DNA from: Escherichia phage JS10
Strand: one strand, 5' to 3'
Length of the DNA stretch: 64,000 bases
Sequence record: EU863409
Every line of letters begins with the position of its first letter. Within the stretch, counting starts at the first letter, position 1. Below, piece by piece: positions 19,399-32,806 of the stretch. Below the pieces are notes generated by a model, which had not been told where the DNA came from, searched no databases, and worked only from the letters and a program-made list of their open reading frames with translations. Position numbers and translations under genes: made by a program.

Positions 19399-20395
19399 TT
19401 CTACAGTAGTTTATCGTTCTATTGTTACTTCAAAATTTAGAACGGAAAAAATGTATAACTTTTACAGAACAATAGGTGACGGTGAAGACCAGAACACTAT
19501 GTATGTATCTTTCGGAAGGGCCCGACCGTGGGCCGATAACGAAAATGACCCTGGTTTTGCGCCACCCTATCCTGTAGATGATTCTGAAGGCGTAGAAGAC
19601 GTCTGGACCAACATGATGGGTTGTGTTAAGGTTTATAAGAGTATGCTGGATTGTGTTGTCCCACGCAAAGACTGGGGTGACACAACTTATCCTAACCCAT
19701 TTACTTTCCAGATCGGTGAAATTGTAGTAGCGAATAGCCAGCCACAAAACCGTACTGATGTAGGTGCTGGGTGGATGGTTTATCGTTGTGTAGATATTCC
19801 TGAATCAGGTACATGTTCTATTTTGTCCCTTGATAATAAAACCGAGTGTATTAAACTTGGTGGCAAATGGACTTCAAATGTGCAATCAGTTAAAGCCCCG
19901 GCAGGACAGGGTGATACGGAAGGTATGGTGGATACCGGTGATGGATATCTCTGGGAATATTTGTATGAGATTCCACCTGATGTAAGTATTAACCGATGCA
20001 CTAATGAATATATTGTAGTTCCATGGCCAGAAGAAATTGCTGAGGACCCAGAACGTTGGGGATACGAGAATAACCTCACTTGGCAACAAGACGATTATGG
20101 ATTAATTTACCGTATTAAAGCCAATACTATTCGCTTTAAAGCATTCTTAGATTCGGTTTATTTCCCTGAATTTAGTTTGCCAGGCAACAAAGGTTTTAGA
20201 CAGCTTTCGATAATTTCTAACCCGTTAGAAGCTAAAGCTCACCCATCCGATCCGATCATTAAAGCCGAAAAAGAGTACTATGATGTTATAGACCTCTCCC
20301 GCCACTCCGGTGAAATGATTTATATGGAAAACCGTCCTCCGGTTATTCGTTCCATGGACCAAACAGAAGAAATTAACATTGTCTTCGAATTCTAA
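19391..20395 (+). CDS. 8: gp8 baseplate wedge subunit
   Basis: 334 aa; VYRSIVTSKFRTEKM...EYIVVPWPEE...GEMIYMENRPP closely match recalled T4 gp8. Confidence 0.95.
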   Translation: MINSTVVYRSIVTSKFRTEKMYNFYRTIGDGEDQNTMYVSFGRARPWADNENDPGFAPPYPVDDSEGVEDVWTNMMGCVKVYKSMLDCVVPRKDWGDTTYPNPFTFQIGEIVVANSQPQNRTDVGAGWMVYRCVDIPESGTCSILSLDNKTECIKLGGKWTSNVQSVKAPAGQGDTEGMVDTGDGYLWEYLYEIPPDVSINRCTNEYIVVPWPEEIAEDPERWGYENNLTWQQDDYGLIYRIKANTIRFKAFLDSVYFPEFSLPGNKGFRQLSIISNPLEAKAHPSDPIIKAEKEYYDVIDLSRHSGEMIYMENRPPVIRSMDQTEEINIVFEF

Positions 20396-20398
20396 TAA

Positions 20399-20415
20399 GG
20401 GCCGCAAGGCCCTTT
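20399..20415 (+). terminator. hairpin GGGCC-gcaa-GGCCC after gene 8
   Basis: GC stem with GNRA-like loop followed by TTT. Confidence 0.45.
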
Positions 20416-20489
20416 CGGGGGTATCATTATCCTTTAAGCGGGAGACTTTGGAGCATCTATTTATAATAGTGCAAAGGTGTTATTACTAT

Positions 20490-20497
20490 TATAAATA
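20490..20497 (+). promoter_or_regulatory. late promoter box TATAAATA (gene 9)
   Basis: Exact octamer 27 bp upstream of gp9 ATG. Confidence 0.6.
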
Positions 20498-20523
20498 CAC
20501 TATATCAATAATGAGGCATACCT

Positions 20524-21384
20524 ATGATTAAGCAAACTGGTAAAGAACTAATTGACGTCGGTGAAATTGGTAATGCCAGCACCGGCGACATTCTTTATGA
20601 CGGCGGTGTTAAACTGAACACTGACTTAAACAACATCTATAATACTTTCGGCGACCAACGTAAAACCGCTTTAACCGGCGAATTGACCGGCCAGAAATTA
20701 CACGCTACAGGCTATTATCAAAAATTTGGTGATATGGACCAAGCAAGCTCGGTTGATTTAGGCTCTTTGGTGGATATTGATGCTTCTAGCGGTTCTATCG
20801 TATTAACCACTGTAAAGGGTGCAGTTGGTGAAGGAATTGAGATTATCAACTCTAACGGAAGTATTTCATCTACCAACTATCTTGAAATCCGTATATTAGA
20901 TACTTTTGCAAGCCATCCTACTTCGACCCTGCGTATTGTAACACCTTATACCAGAGTTCTTTTATGGTGTGTATCGGATACAAACGGTGTTGCGGTATGG
21001 GATTATTCAATTGAAAGCATGTTTGGTGATAAACGAGTTCCATTAAATAAGACATATAATATATCTTCTGTCGCTCGTGATATCCCGGTGGTTTATTCAG
21101 GTCAATATTCATTGGTCAAACTTTTAGTTACTGCAGTGAATGCCAACGAAACCATTTACAAAGCTTCAGAATATCTTGTGTTTATCGACAACCAAGCTAA
21201 AAAGATTTATTCCACTGAATACGCAGTTATTAAACGTGGACAAACTTCAGATGATGACGAAATTTATTCTCTAGATTTTAAATTCGATACATCAAACTAT
21301 ATTATCGCGACCGCTTCTTCTGTCAATCCTATGAGGCTTGCAATTAAGGTCGTAGAAACCCAAACTATTGGAGTTCCAGTATAA
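20524..21384 (+). CDS. 9: gp9 baseplate wedge, long tail fiber socket
   Basis: 286 aa (T4 about 288); conserved order. Confidence 0.9.
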   Translation: MIKQTGKELIDVGEIGNASTGDILYDGGVKLNTDLNNIYNTFGDQRKTALTGELTGQKLHATGYYQKFGDMDQASSVDLGSLVDIDASSGSIVLTTVKGAVGEGIEIINSNGSISSTNYLEIRILDTFASHPTSTLRIVTPYTRVLLWCVSDTNGVAVWDYSIESMFGDKRVPLNKTYNISSVARDIPVVYSGQYSLVKLLVTAVNANETIYKASEYLVFIDNQAKKIYSTEYAVIKRGQTSDDDEIYSLDFKFDTSNYIIATASSVNPMRLAIKVVETQTIGVPV

Positions 21385-23195
21385 TGAAACAAGACTTAAA
21401 AGTAGGTTCCGCTGTTGATGACGGGTCCGGTGATTACCTGCGCGCAGGTGGTCTTAAAATTAATAACAACTTCAATGAGCTTTATTACCAATTAGGCGAC
21501 GGCAATAACCCACATGCCGCAGGCGCTTGGAAACAACATTCTACTGAAGACGGTGCTTTGTTGAATGCCGTAATGGGTCATAGCTATACCCTTAATACCC
21601 AGGGTGGGCGTATTAACGTCCAGCTTCCTAAAGGCTCTCCTGAAGAATATAACTTTGTTATCCGTGTACGTGACGTGTATTCTTCATGGCAAGCTAACCC
21701 AGTAACCTTAATCCCTGCCACAGGTGATACCATTAAGGGTTCAGCTACTCAAGTTGAAATTGCTCGCAACTTCTCTGACCTTGAATTGGTTTATTGTGCA
21801 CCTGGTCGTTGGGAATATGTTGAAAATAAGCAAGTAAACCGTATTCCAAATAACGACCTTGCTACCGTAGCAACTAAGCAGTTTATTGCTACTGAAGGTC
21901 AAACAGATTTTCTAGATGTTTTCCCTGGCCTTTCTTACAACGTAGCAAGTTTAAGCGTTTCACAACGTGGTAACAATTTGTTCTATGGTGTTGATGATAT
22001 TTTTGATGCTGCTACCGCAGAGTTTGGTTCTCCGGGTGCTCAACCAGGTGAATTGGTTGCCTTGAATGGTAAGGACATCCGTTTAAAATATCCATGCGAA
22101 GCAGGTGATACTGTTATTATCAAATCGTATAATGACGGACTTGCCCAATGGCGCAGTTCTTATAACCGCCGTGATATAACAATCAAAAGTTCAGAATTGA
22201 CTAAAGACGTTTCTGTTCCTGGTTCTTCTTTCGTGGGTGATTTGAGTACTTCACATGTTATATCAGCAGCTGATTTGAATATTTCCGTTAACAGTCCTAT
22301 CAACCCAAATGCTTGCCAAGTCATGCTTAATAGCACATTACTTCATCAAGCTGGTACTGCAGGCCTTCCTTCGTTTTATTGTGAAGGTGCCGACGGACGT
22401 ACTGCTACCGAGTGTTTTAATGCAGGCGGGCAATGGACTCAATCTAAATCAGACTATATTTTTAATTTGACCCCTGAAGATAAGATTGAATCCATCGAAT
22501 TTGGACGTGACTTTGAACATGGCGATATTCTTACGGTAATTTGGTACAATAACGATATCGGCACTACCATGGAAATTGATGAGATTTTGGATTATACCAA
22601 TAACATCTATATTTCTAAAGGCCCTTCTATTGATATATCAGGCCAGGTTCGTATCACTGATGTAGATAATCCTTTTGCACCTAACGTTGAACCTGTCGCC
22701 CCATCTAATATTACAATAGATACGGCATCGACATTTTTTGATTTAATTTACCCTGTAGGAACCATCTATGAGAACACGGTGAATCCTAATAACCCTAAAA
22801 CTTATATGGGCTTTGGTTCATGGAAGCGTTTATCTGATGTGTTCTTGGTAGGTTGGTCTCCTGACGCTAGTTCTTTGTTTAATGCAAATAATAACGACCT
22901 GGATTCAGCGGGTGTTCCACAATCAACTGCAGGCGGGACTGGTGGTGCTCATGTGGCTAATTTGAAATATGAGAATATCCCAGAACTTAATACAGATGAT
23001 AAAGTCCTTATTGCTGATAACGATGGCCCTATTTTTGTAGGTGGATGTTTAGTTGACCCTGATTCACAAGGACCGGCTTATACAAAATATCGTGAAGATA
23101 AAGCCAGTATTAATAAGGCCCAAGGGACCACTCCTATCCCGGTTAATACTCTACCACCATACTTAACTGTTCATCGCTGGATGAGGATTGCATAA
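21384..23195 (+). CDS. 10: gp10 baseplate wedge subunit and tail pin
   Basis: 603 aa (T4 about 602). Confidence 0.9.
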   Translation: MKQDLKVGSAVDDGSGDYLRAGGLKINNNFNELYYQLGDGNNPHAAGAWKQHSTEDGALLNAVMGHSYTLNTQGGRINVQLPKGSPEEYNFVIRVRDVYSSWQANPVTLIPATGDTIKGSATQVEIARNFSDLELVYCAPGRWEYVENKQVNRIPNNDLATVATKQFIATEGQTDFLDVFPGLSYNVASLSVSQRGNNLFYGVDDIFDAATAEFGSPGAQPGELVALNGKDIRLKYPCEAGDTVIIKSYNDGLAQWRSSYNRRDITIKSSELTKDVSVPGSSFVGDLSTSHVISAADLNISVNSPINPNACQVMLNSTLLHQAGTAGLPSFYCEGADGRTATECFNAGGQWTQSKSDYIFNLTPEDKIESIEFGRDFEHGDILTVIWYNNDIGTTMEIDEILDYTNNIYISKGPSIDISGQVRITDVDNPFAPNVEPVAPSNITIDTASTFFDLIYPVGTIYENTVNPNNPKTYMGFGSWKRLSDVFLVGWSPDASSLFNANNNDLDSAGVPQSTAGGTGGAHVANLKYENIPELNTDDKVLIADNDGPIFVGGCLVDPDSQGPAYTKYREDKASINKAQGTTPIPVNTLPPYLTVHRWMRIA

Positions 23196-23860
23196 TGACT
23201 TTAACTGAAATGAAAAGCGGGTTAAAATCCCGCTTAGCTGACTATTTGGAATTATCTTACACCAGTGACAAGCCTACTGCTGTTGCTGACCAACGACCTA
23301 TCGGTGGCCCTTCTGCAAACCAAACCCAGAAGGGTGTTTATTTTCCTACAGTCCAAAGTGCAATAGATGATATTGCATTTAGAACAGAGCTTCCTGTGAA
23401 CTCTGTTATTATTACCACAGAAAACAGAGCACCTGGATTTATCCAACAATCTGATAAAATTACATTTACCGGTTCTATTTCTTCAGGCGGCGAACTTGGC
23501 GACCCTGTTATTATTAAAGTGTTTGGACTTCCTGTAGAGGTCTTAGTTGGTGATTCATCTGTATTGGTTGCATCTAAAGTAAATGATGTATTTTTAGACG
23601 CCATTGCTAATAGCTATATTTTAGCCGAAACGTCTATTGACGCCTTAGACCAATCTACCTTGAATATTAAATACAATGACTATCAGAATCATATTTTTTC
23701 ACCATATAAACAATCGGGTTGTACAATTTCCCATACTATAGTCCAGCAGCCAAGGGCTGGATATGGTAAGTGGGAATACTTAGGTAACTCTACCCAATCG
23801 TTAGCAGGTGGTACAGTTAACGGCACGATTCCTTTATATTACTATAAGAGATTATATTAA
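23195..23860 (+). CDS. 11: gp11 baseplate wedge subunit and tail pin
   Basis: 221 aa (T4 about 219). Confidence 0.9.
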   Translation: MTLTEMKSGLKSRLADYLELSYTSDKPTAVADQRPIGGPSANQTQKGVYFPTVQSAIDDIAFRTELPVNSVIITTENRAPGFIQQSDKITFTGSISSGGELGDPVIIKVFGLPVEVLVGDSSVLVASKVNDVFLDAIANSYILAETSIDALDQSTLNIKYNDYQNHIFSPYKQSGCTISHTIVQQPRAGYGKWEYLGNSTQSLAGGTVNGTIPLYYYKRLY

Positions 23861-25386
23861 TGTCAACAAACACACTAAAACACATTAGTGATAAATCGGA
23901 ATTCAAATCATTCGACCCTACTGGGTCGAATTTCCCGCCTGATATTACTAATGTTCAAGAAGCATTGGCAACTATTTCATTAATCGGCGTCACAGGTAAT
24001 GTTCCTTCAGCCACAGAAACGTCCCAAGGCATTATTCGTCTTGCCACCACACAAGAAGTAATGGATGGATTGGATGCTTATAGTGCAGTGACTCCGGCAA
24101 CTTTAAAAGCTCGTTTAGATATTCCTACTCAGGCAACAGAAACTTATGTAGGTATCACCCGTTATGCTACTAACGCTGAAGCCATAGCAGGCACAGAGCC
24201 CCAGGCTGCAATCGTAGCAACCTCTTTGAAAGCGGTAATGGATTATACATTTGAGAACCGTTTATCAACAGAGAACGCCACAGGCGTTATCAAGATTTCA
24301 ACTACACCTGCTGCATTAGCTGGTACCGATGATACCACAGCAATGTCCCCACTTAAAGTATCGCAAGCAATTGGTGCGGCCACAGCAGCGTTACCGGTTT
24401 ATTCTACGGCAACGACCACAAATGAAGGTTTGGTTCGTTTAGCTACTAATGCTGAAGTTGGCAATGGAAGTCTTTCGGTAGGTATTGCTATTTCTCCAGC
24501 CGGATTAGCCACATTAACTTCCACCGAAGCCAGAAGTGGTATTATTAAACTCGCAGGTTGGGATATGGTATCTAATGGTACTGACCATACTGCCGCTGTT
24601 ACTCCGGCATCTTTGCTAGCTCGTACAGGTAATACAGGACGAATTGGCTTGGTTCGTTTATCTACTACAGTTGGACAAGGCGATGGTAATACGGCCCTGG
24701 CTTATAATGCTAACGTTATTTCTACTTCAGGTGGTGAAATATGGGGTACTTTAAACGTTAATGGCACATTACGTCGTAATGGTGTTGATGTTGTTACCCA
24801 CGACCAATTATCAGATAGCGTTCCGGTAGGTACTATTTGTATGTGGGGTGGACATGAAGGTAATATCCCAGGCAAATGGCGAGCTTGTGTAGGTGGGACT
24901 TATACTGGCGGTGCATATTTAAATGCTGTTGGCGGACGTTGGGGATGGTGGGGTGCTATTCCAGATTTCCGTGGATTATATCCTCGCGGTGCTAACATGG
25001 TCGGTGGATATTCTGAAGGTGAAGTTAACCCACATATTGCCGGTAACCGAGGAGAAGACGGTAAAGGTAAAGCCCGTTTAGGTAACGGTGTAGGTTCGTT
25101 CCCACAATCTTCTGTTCAAGCCCAAGCATTACGTTATCATAAACACGCCGGTGGTTTTGGTGAACATGATAACTATGGTGCTTTTGGTAACACCGCTAAC
25201 TCTGGGTATGTTGGTACTCGTAAAGGACTTGACTGGGATAACCGTAGTTATTATACTAACGAAGGGTTTGAGACCACTGAACCTTGGAACCGTGATGGCC
25301 ATACCACACTGAATAGTGAAGGACTTATTGCAAATGAAACACGTCCTTGGACAATGTCCGTTCTTTTTATTATTAAAGTAGAATAA
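23860..25386 (+). CDS. 12: gp12 short tail fiber
   Basis: 508 aa between 11 and wac. Confidence 0.9.
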   Translation: MSTNTLKHISDKSEFKSFDPTGSNFPPDITNVQEALATISLIGVTGNVPSATETSQGIIRLATTQEVMDGLDAYSAVTPATLKARLDIPTQATETYVGITRYATNAEAIAGTEPQAAIVATSLKAVMDYTFENRLSTENATGVIKISTTPAALAGTDDTTAMSPLKVSQAIGAATAALPVYSTATTTNEGLVRLATNAEVGNGSLSVGIAISPAGLATLTSTEARSGIIKLAGWDMVSNGTDHTAAVTPASLLARTGNTGRIGLVRLSTTVGQGDGNTALAYNANVISTSGGEIWGTLNVNGTLRRNGVDVVTHDQLSDSVPVGTICMWGGHEGNIPGKWRACVGGTYTGGAYLNAVGGRWGWWGAIPDFRGLYPRGANMVGGYSEGEVNPHIAGNRGEDGKGKARLGNGVGSFPQSSVQAQALRYHKHAGGFGEHDNYGAFGNTANSGYVGTRKGLDWDNRSYYTNEGFETTEPWNRDGHTTLNSEGLIANETRPWTMSVLFIIKVE

Positions 25387-25395
25387 GGGTAAAAA

Positions 25396-27795
25396 ATGAT
25401 TAACAAATTGGAACTTAGTGAGTTACCATTTGTTGACGGCGTACCTGATGCTCCTCAAAAGCGTATCCAATGGATACGCGAGGGTGATTGTATGTCTGCG
25501 GCAAAAACAAAATACGGCAATGAAGGTAATTTGAACGCTGCTGCTTTAGGAGTTCAGAAAAACGTAGAAGCTCTTGATGCCAACGATTTAAAAACTGCTG
25601 ATAAAGTTAATGAGCTTATAGAAAACGTTAATAATATCAATGACGCTTTAGAAATGTCAACAGATATTTCTATCATTCAACAAATAGAGAAAAACCGTGT
25701 TGATATTGTAGACCTTAAAAAAGTCACCGAAGATACAACAGAAAAATTGGACACCTTAACAACCAATTTTGATTTCTTGCGTGAAGATGTTGGTTATCAT
25801 GACCCTTTACAAGACGGCCCATATTTAACTGTACGTGAAAATATTGTTCTTCTTAAAACTGAAATAGGTCATTATGAAAACCAGGATATAAACGGCAATC
25901 CACTGCCTCCTGGCGAAACTAATGAAGCCACTGGTATAAAACGCCGCATCATGGATAATACCACTGAATTGGTGGACCATCGTCTCCGCCTTGATACCCT
26001 TGAAAGAAACTATGAAGATTCTGATGTTGGACAATTGGGTATTAAATTAAATGAAATTCGCGCCGAATTAGGACCACATTCTGATACGGTAGGTAAACAA
26101 CCTGCATATACCCGAATTTCAGTATTAGAAACGGCTGCAGTTAATTTTAATACAGCTATTGACGAAATTAAGGATAATATTGATTTCTCTGGTATGCCTA
26201 TAAAGGACCGAGTAACTACTTTAGAAAGCAAAACCTTTACCTTAGAAAATTCGGTTAATGTTGATTTAAAACCTAGAGTAACTTCTATAGAAACTCAAAT
26301 CGGATCCGAGTCTGCACCGGCATCTATTAATGGTCGTTTAAGCGGACTTCGTACTGATGTAAATGATTTAAAAACCGTAGTAGGTGTTAGTTCAAGTGAT
26401 GGCCTACGTTTCCAAGTTACTGATATCAACCGCCGTTTAGGTAGTGAAGTATCTCCGGCTGCAGGAACCATTAATAAGCGTTTAAATGATGTTATTATTC
26501 AAGCAAACCAATCCACCTCGTCTATCCAGGATATTCAGGTAAAAATTGGTAACAACCAATCCGGTATTAAGGGTACTTTACTTAAACTCACCGATAAGGT
26601 TGACGGGACGAACCCTAACGGAGCTACCGTAGAAGAACGTGGTCTTATTAATGCGGTTACTTCTTTAGAAACCCAGATGCAAGGTAAATTAGGTGATGCA
26701 CCTTCTGATGGTAAACTCTATGCACGTCGAAATGCGGCATGGGCTGAAGTTGTTAATAATTCCACAGAAATAGAAACCGTTAAAGCCGATTTAGTTGTTA
26801 CCGACGGTAAAGTGACCGCGTTAACTTCCAGAGTAGATGGTAATGATACCTCAATTTCTTCTCTTGATACTCGTACCGGTGCATTAAACACTTCGGTTGG
26901 CGAGATTAAAGCTGATATAGTTTCTATAAAGGCTAAAGATGATGAACAGGATGGTCGTTTAACAGCACTTGAATCTAGTGATGTGACCATTAACGGTAAA
27001 ATTGCTGCTCTTGAAACTAAGACAGATACCACTGATGATGATGTCACAGCACTGGCTTTAGACGTTTCTTCTTTAGAGAACCAATTGACTCCTATAAAAG
27101 CCGATATTACCAAAAACAAAGGTGATATTGTTGCCTTAACTGGTCGAGTGGCTTCTACTGAAGGCGAAATTAATGCAATTAAAGTTGATACAGCCAAAAT
27201 TGCTCCTTTAACAACTAGAGTTACTACGGCAGAAGGTAAAATCACTACTTTAGAAACAGGGCTTGCCGCTGTTAAAGTCGAATCCGATAAGGTAGCAGGT
27301 ATTAATACCCGCCTTAGCACTGCAGAAGGTGACATCGGAACACTTAAAACAGGGTTGGCTGAAGTTAAGGGTGAATCCGATAAAGTAGCAGCTATAGATA
27401 CCCGTTTAGGTGTTGTTGAAGTTGAATCAGGTAAAGTAGCAGGAATCGATGCTCGTTTGGGTGATGTTGAAGGCGAAGTTAGTACTCTTGAAACGGGTTT
27501 AGCTGCCGTTAAAGTCGAATCCGATAAGGTAGCAGGTATTAATACCCGTTTAGGTACGGTCGAAGGTAAAGTTGGTACTCTTGAAACAGGTTTGGCTGCT
27601 GTTAAAGTTGAATCTGATAAAGTTGCTGACTTAGGAACCCGTTTAACCGCCGCCGAAGGTAAAATTACGGCCTTAGAAACAGAATTATCTAAACGTCCAC
27701 CGGTGGCTCCTGCCGCAGACGGACTTCCGTATGTTCTGGTTGATAACGCATGGGTATTATTGTCTGATTTTGTGACTTTAAACTCAGCGCCATAA
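25396..27795 (+). CDS. wac: fibritin (wac), expanded 799-aa form
   Basis: N-terminus LPFVDGVPDA... and foldon-like C-terminus DGLPYVLVDNAWVLLSDF match T4 fibritin; extra length is tandem repeats. Confidence 0.95.
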   Translation: MINKLELSELPFVDGVPDAPQKRIQWIREGDCMSAAKTKYGNEGNLNAAALGVQKNVEALDANDLKTADKVNELIENVNNINDALEMSTDISIIQQIEKNRVDIVDLKKVTEDTTEKLDTLTTNFDFLREDVGYHDPLQDGPYLTVRENIVLLKTEIGHYENQDINGNPLPPGETNEATGIKRRIMDNTTELVDHRLRLDTLERNYEDSDVGQLGIKLNEIRAELGPHSDTVGKQPAYTRISVLETAAVNFNTAIDEIKDNIDFSGMPIKDRVTTLESKTFTLENSVNVDLKPRVTSIETQIGSESAPASINGRLSGLRTDVNDLKTVVGVSSSDGLRFQVTDINRRLGSEVSPAAGTINKRLNDVIIQANQSTSSIQDIQVKIGNNQSGIKGTLLKLTDKVDGTNPNGATVEERGLINAVTSLETQMQGKLGDAPSDGKLYARRNAAWAEVVNNSTEIETVKADLVVTDGKVTALTSRVDGNDTSISSLDTRTGALNTSVGEIKADIVSIKAKDDEQDGRLTALESSDVTINGKIAALETKTDTTDDDVTALALDVSSLENQLTPIKADITKNKGDIVALTGRVASTEGEINAIKVDTAKIAPLTTRVTTAEGKITTLETGLAAVKVESDKVAGINTRLSTAEGDIGTLKTGLAEVKGESDKVAAIDTRLGVVEVESGKVAGIDARLGDVEGEVSTLETGLAAVKVESDKVAGINTRLGTVEGKVGTLETGLAAVKVESDKVADLGTRLTAAEGKITALETELSKRPPVAPAADGLPYVLVDNAWVLLSDFVTLNSAP
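27235..27690 (+). repeat. tandem coding repeats (about 90 bp) in wac
   Basis: Repeated LETGLAAVKVESDKVAGINTRLxTxEGxIGT units visible at DNA and protein level. Confidence 0.8.
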
Positions 27796-27800
27796 TAAAA

Positions 27801-27818
27801 GGGCTTCGGCCCTTTTTT
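27801..27818 (+). terminator. rho-independent terminator after wac
   Basis: GGGC-ttcg-GCCC hairpin followed by TTTTTT. Confidence 0.7.
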
Positions 27819-27820
27819 GC

Positions 27821-27828
27821 TATAAATA
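27821..27828 (+). promoter_or_regulatory. late promoter box TATAAATA (gene 13)
   Basis: Exact octamer 22 bp upstream of gp13 ATG. Confidence 0.6.
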
Positions 27829-27849
27829 CGGTTATTAGAGGAATAAAAC

Positions 27850-28785
27850 ATGGCAAGTGAATCATATAACCCTAAGCAACTCAAGGACGCTATTCTGCGC
27901 CGCCTGGGTGCACCGATTACAAATATTGAAGTAACTACTGACCAAGTATATGATTGCATCCAGCGCGCCCTGGAGCTCTACGGCGAATACCATTATAACG
28001 GGTATAACAAAGGTTATCAGGCTTTTTATATTGGCCATGACGATGAAGAAAAATTCCGTAATGGCGTATTCGACCTTAAAGGACGTAATATATTTGCAGT
28101 AACACAAATTTTGAGAACTAACGTTGGCTCTTTAACATCTATGGACGGGCAAGCAACTTATCCATGGTTTACAGATTTTGTACTAGGTTTGGCAGGTATT
28201 AATGGTGGTCTTGGGTCTTCATGTAATAGTTTTGGGCCTAATGCCTTCGGCGCCGACCTTGGCTATTTTACACAATTAATGCAATATCGTTCTATGATGC
28301 AGGACCTTTTGGTTCCGCTGCCTGATTATTGGTATAATGATGCCACTGAACAATTGAAGGTAATGGGCAACTTTGTTAAAGGCGACTTTATTGTAATTGA
28401 AGTTTATACCCGTTCATTTAATGGCGTTGATTCCATGGTTGGGAATACAGCAGGATATGGATATGCTTCTGGTGGCTGTGACGAAAATGAATGGAGCCCT
28501 GGGGCTATTTGGGACAATCCTGCACGTCGAATTTCAGGAATGAGAGCTGGCGAGGACCTTGGACTACAAGATGGCGCGTATAATAACCGTTGGGTCAAAG
28601 ATTACGCTACGGCATTAGTTAAAGAGGTCAATGGTAATATTTTAGCCAAACACCAAGGTATGCAATTAGCCGGCGGAACCACTGTAGATGGCATTCGATT
28701 GATTGAAGAAGCTCGTTTAGAAAAAGAACGTCTTCGCGAAGAATTAGATTTGCTCGACCCACCAACACCTATTTTAATTGGATAA
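27850..28785 (+). CDS. 13: gp13 neck protein
   Basis: 311 aa (T4 about 309). Confidence 0.9.
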   Translation: MASESYNPKQLKDAILRRLGAPITNIEVTTDQVYDCIQRALELYGEYHYNGYNKGYQAFYIGHDDEEKFRNGVFDLKGRNIFAVTQILRTNVGSLTSMDGQATYPWFTDFVLGLAGINGGLGSSCNSFGPNAFGADLGYFTQLMQYRSMMQDLLVPLPDYWYNDATEQLKVMGNFVKGDFIVIEVYTRSFNGVDSMVGNTAGYGYASGGCDENEWSPGAIWDNPARRISGMRAGEDLGLQDGAYNNRWVKDYATALVKEVNGNILAKHQGMQLAGGTTVDGIRLIEEARLEKERLREELDLLDPPTPILIG

Positions 28786-28787
28786 TT

Positions 28788-29561
28788 ATGGCTACTTTTG
28801 ATTCGAGTTTATTTGCTAAGCTGGAAAATAACACCGGCTATGCTAACACGAACGAAACTGAAATAATGAACCCTTTCGTCAACTTTTATCGCCATGAGAA
28901 CACTCAAACATTGGCTGATGCTTTAGTTGCTGAGTCTATTCAAATGCGTGGTATCGAGCTTTATTATATACCACGCGAATACGTTAATCCTGACCAGCTA
29001 TTTGGCGAAGACCTTCAGAACAAATTTACTAAAGCCTGGAAGTTTGCGGGTTATTTGGATTCCTTTGAAGGTTATTCTGGTGACAATACTTATTTCAGTA
29101 AGTTCGGTATGATGGTTAATGATGAAGTAACAATCACAATTAACCCTAACCTTTTTAAACATCAATGCAACGGCACTGAACCTGTTTCAGGTGACTTGAT
29201 TTATTTCCCAATGGATAACAGCCTATTTGAAATTAATTGGGTTCAACCTTACGACCCATTCTATCAAGTTGGTACAAACGTCCAGCGTCGCATTACTGCT
29301 ACCAAGTTCATTTATAATGGTGAAGAACTTCGTCCTGAATTACAGAGAAATGAAGGCATTAATATTCCTGAATTCAGTGAGCTTGATTTAATGCCTGTTA
29401 AGAATATTGATGGGTTGGCTGATATCTCTGATATCCAATATGAAGAGGTTAATGAGATTAATGCTGAAGCAGCGGAATTCGTACACCCTTATGTAGTGCT
29501 TAATGGTAGAGGAGAAGATGCTCCTCCTACAGCATTTGATGATGCTTTTTTAGATGATTAA
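28788..29561 (+). CDS. 14: gp14 neck protein
   Basis: 257 aa (T4 about 256). Confidence 0.9.
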   Translation: MATFDSSLFAKLENNTGYANTNETEIMNPFVNFYRHENTQTLADALVAESIQMRGIELYYIPREYVNPDQLFGEDLQNKFTKAWKFAGYLDSFEGYSGDNTYFSKFGMMVNDEVTITINPNLFKHQCNGTEPVSGDLIYFPMDNSLFEINWVQPYDPFYQVGTNVQRRITATKFIYNGEELRPELQRNEGINIPEFSELDLMPVKNIDGLADISDIQYEEVNEINAEAAEFVHPYVVLNGRGEDAPPTAFDDAFLDD

Positions 29562-29568
29562 ATAATAC

Positions 29569-29590
29569 ATGGCGCATCCCGCGCCATTTT
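29569..29590 (+). terminator. hairpin ATGGCGC-atccc-GCGCCAT plus TTTT after gene 14
   Basis: 7-bp perfect stem followed by T-run, just upstream of gp15 SD. Confidence 0.5.
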
Positions 29591-29597
29591 AGGAGGT

Positions 29598-30463
29598 TTG
29601 ATGTTTGGACATTGGTATAATAGTTCGCTACGTCGCTATATTGTTTTGATGGGTGATTTATTTTCCCATGTTCAAGTAGCACGTCAAAGAGAAGATACAG
29701 GGCTTAAATTTATTAAGGTTCCTATTACGTACGCTTCTAAAGAAAGATTTATGGCTAACTTAGGTAAATGGACGGCAGTACAGAATATCCCAAATCCTAA
29801 TATGACGCCAAAAGAAAGGGCTGAACAAAAAGCTAAGGTGGAAACTGTTCTTCCACGTATGAACCTCCAAATGGTTGACATGCTTTATAACTCACAATAC
29901 AAAACAGCTCTTCAAAATAGAACACAAATTCAATTTGAGAATGGAGACCCTCGTAAACGAGTCAGCCAATATTCTCCTACTCCAGTAAAAATGATTTTCG
30001 AACTGGGCATTTACACTAGAACCCAAGATGATATGTTCCAAATTGTGGAACAGATTATGCCTTATTTCCAACCTCATTTCAATACCACCATTACGGAACT
30101 CTATACAAACGAAATTAAATTTGACCGTGATATTCGTATTGTATTCCAGTCTATTGCAATGGACGAACAATTAGAAGGTGATACCACTTCTCGTCGACGT
30201 TTAGAATGGTCTATGATGTTTGAGGTTAACGGATGGTTATATCCTCCAGTTAAAGAAATGGAAGGCGAAATTAAAACCATTTATCTTGATTTCTTTGCTA
30301 ACTCAAAGGAACTCGCTCCTGAAGGTAATTTTGAATCTGTTGATAGCGAAGTGGTTCCAAGAGATGTAGAACAAGCAGAATGGGATGGAAGTTCCGTTCA
30401 AACATATTCACAAGATATTCCAGTGCCTGTCGAGCCAGCGCCTCCAGCACCAAGGAGAAACCC

Positions 30464-30467
<4 letters not shown>
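29598..30467 (+). CDS. 15: gp15 tail sheath stabiliser / tail terminator
   Basis: 289 aa between 14 and 16. Confidence 0.9.
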
Positions 30468-32777
<2,310 letters not shown>

Positions 32778-32806
32778 ACAATAAAGCATAACCAAGAGGA
32801 TTCAAA

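Noticed and set aside
26718-27959. 413-aa minus-strand ORF antisense to wac
   Set aside because: Lies inside the fibritin repeat region; low-complexity Ser/Thr/Ala-rich translation typical of antisense reading of a coiled-coil repeat; no start context.
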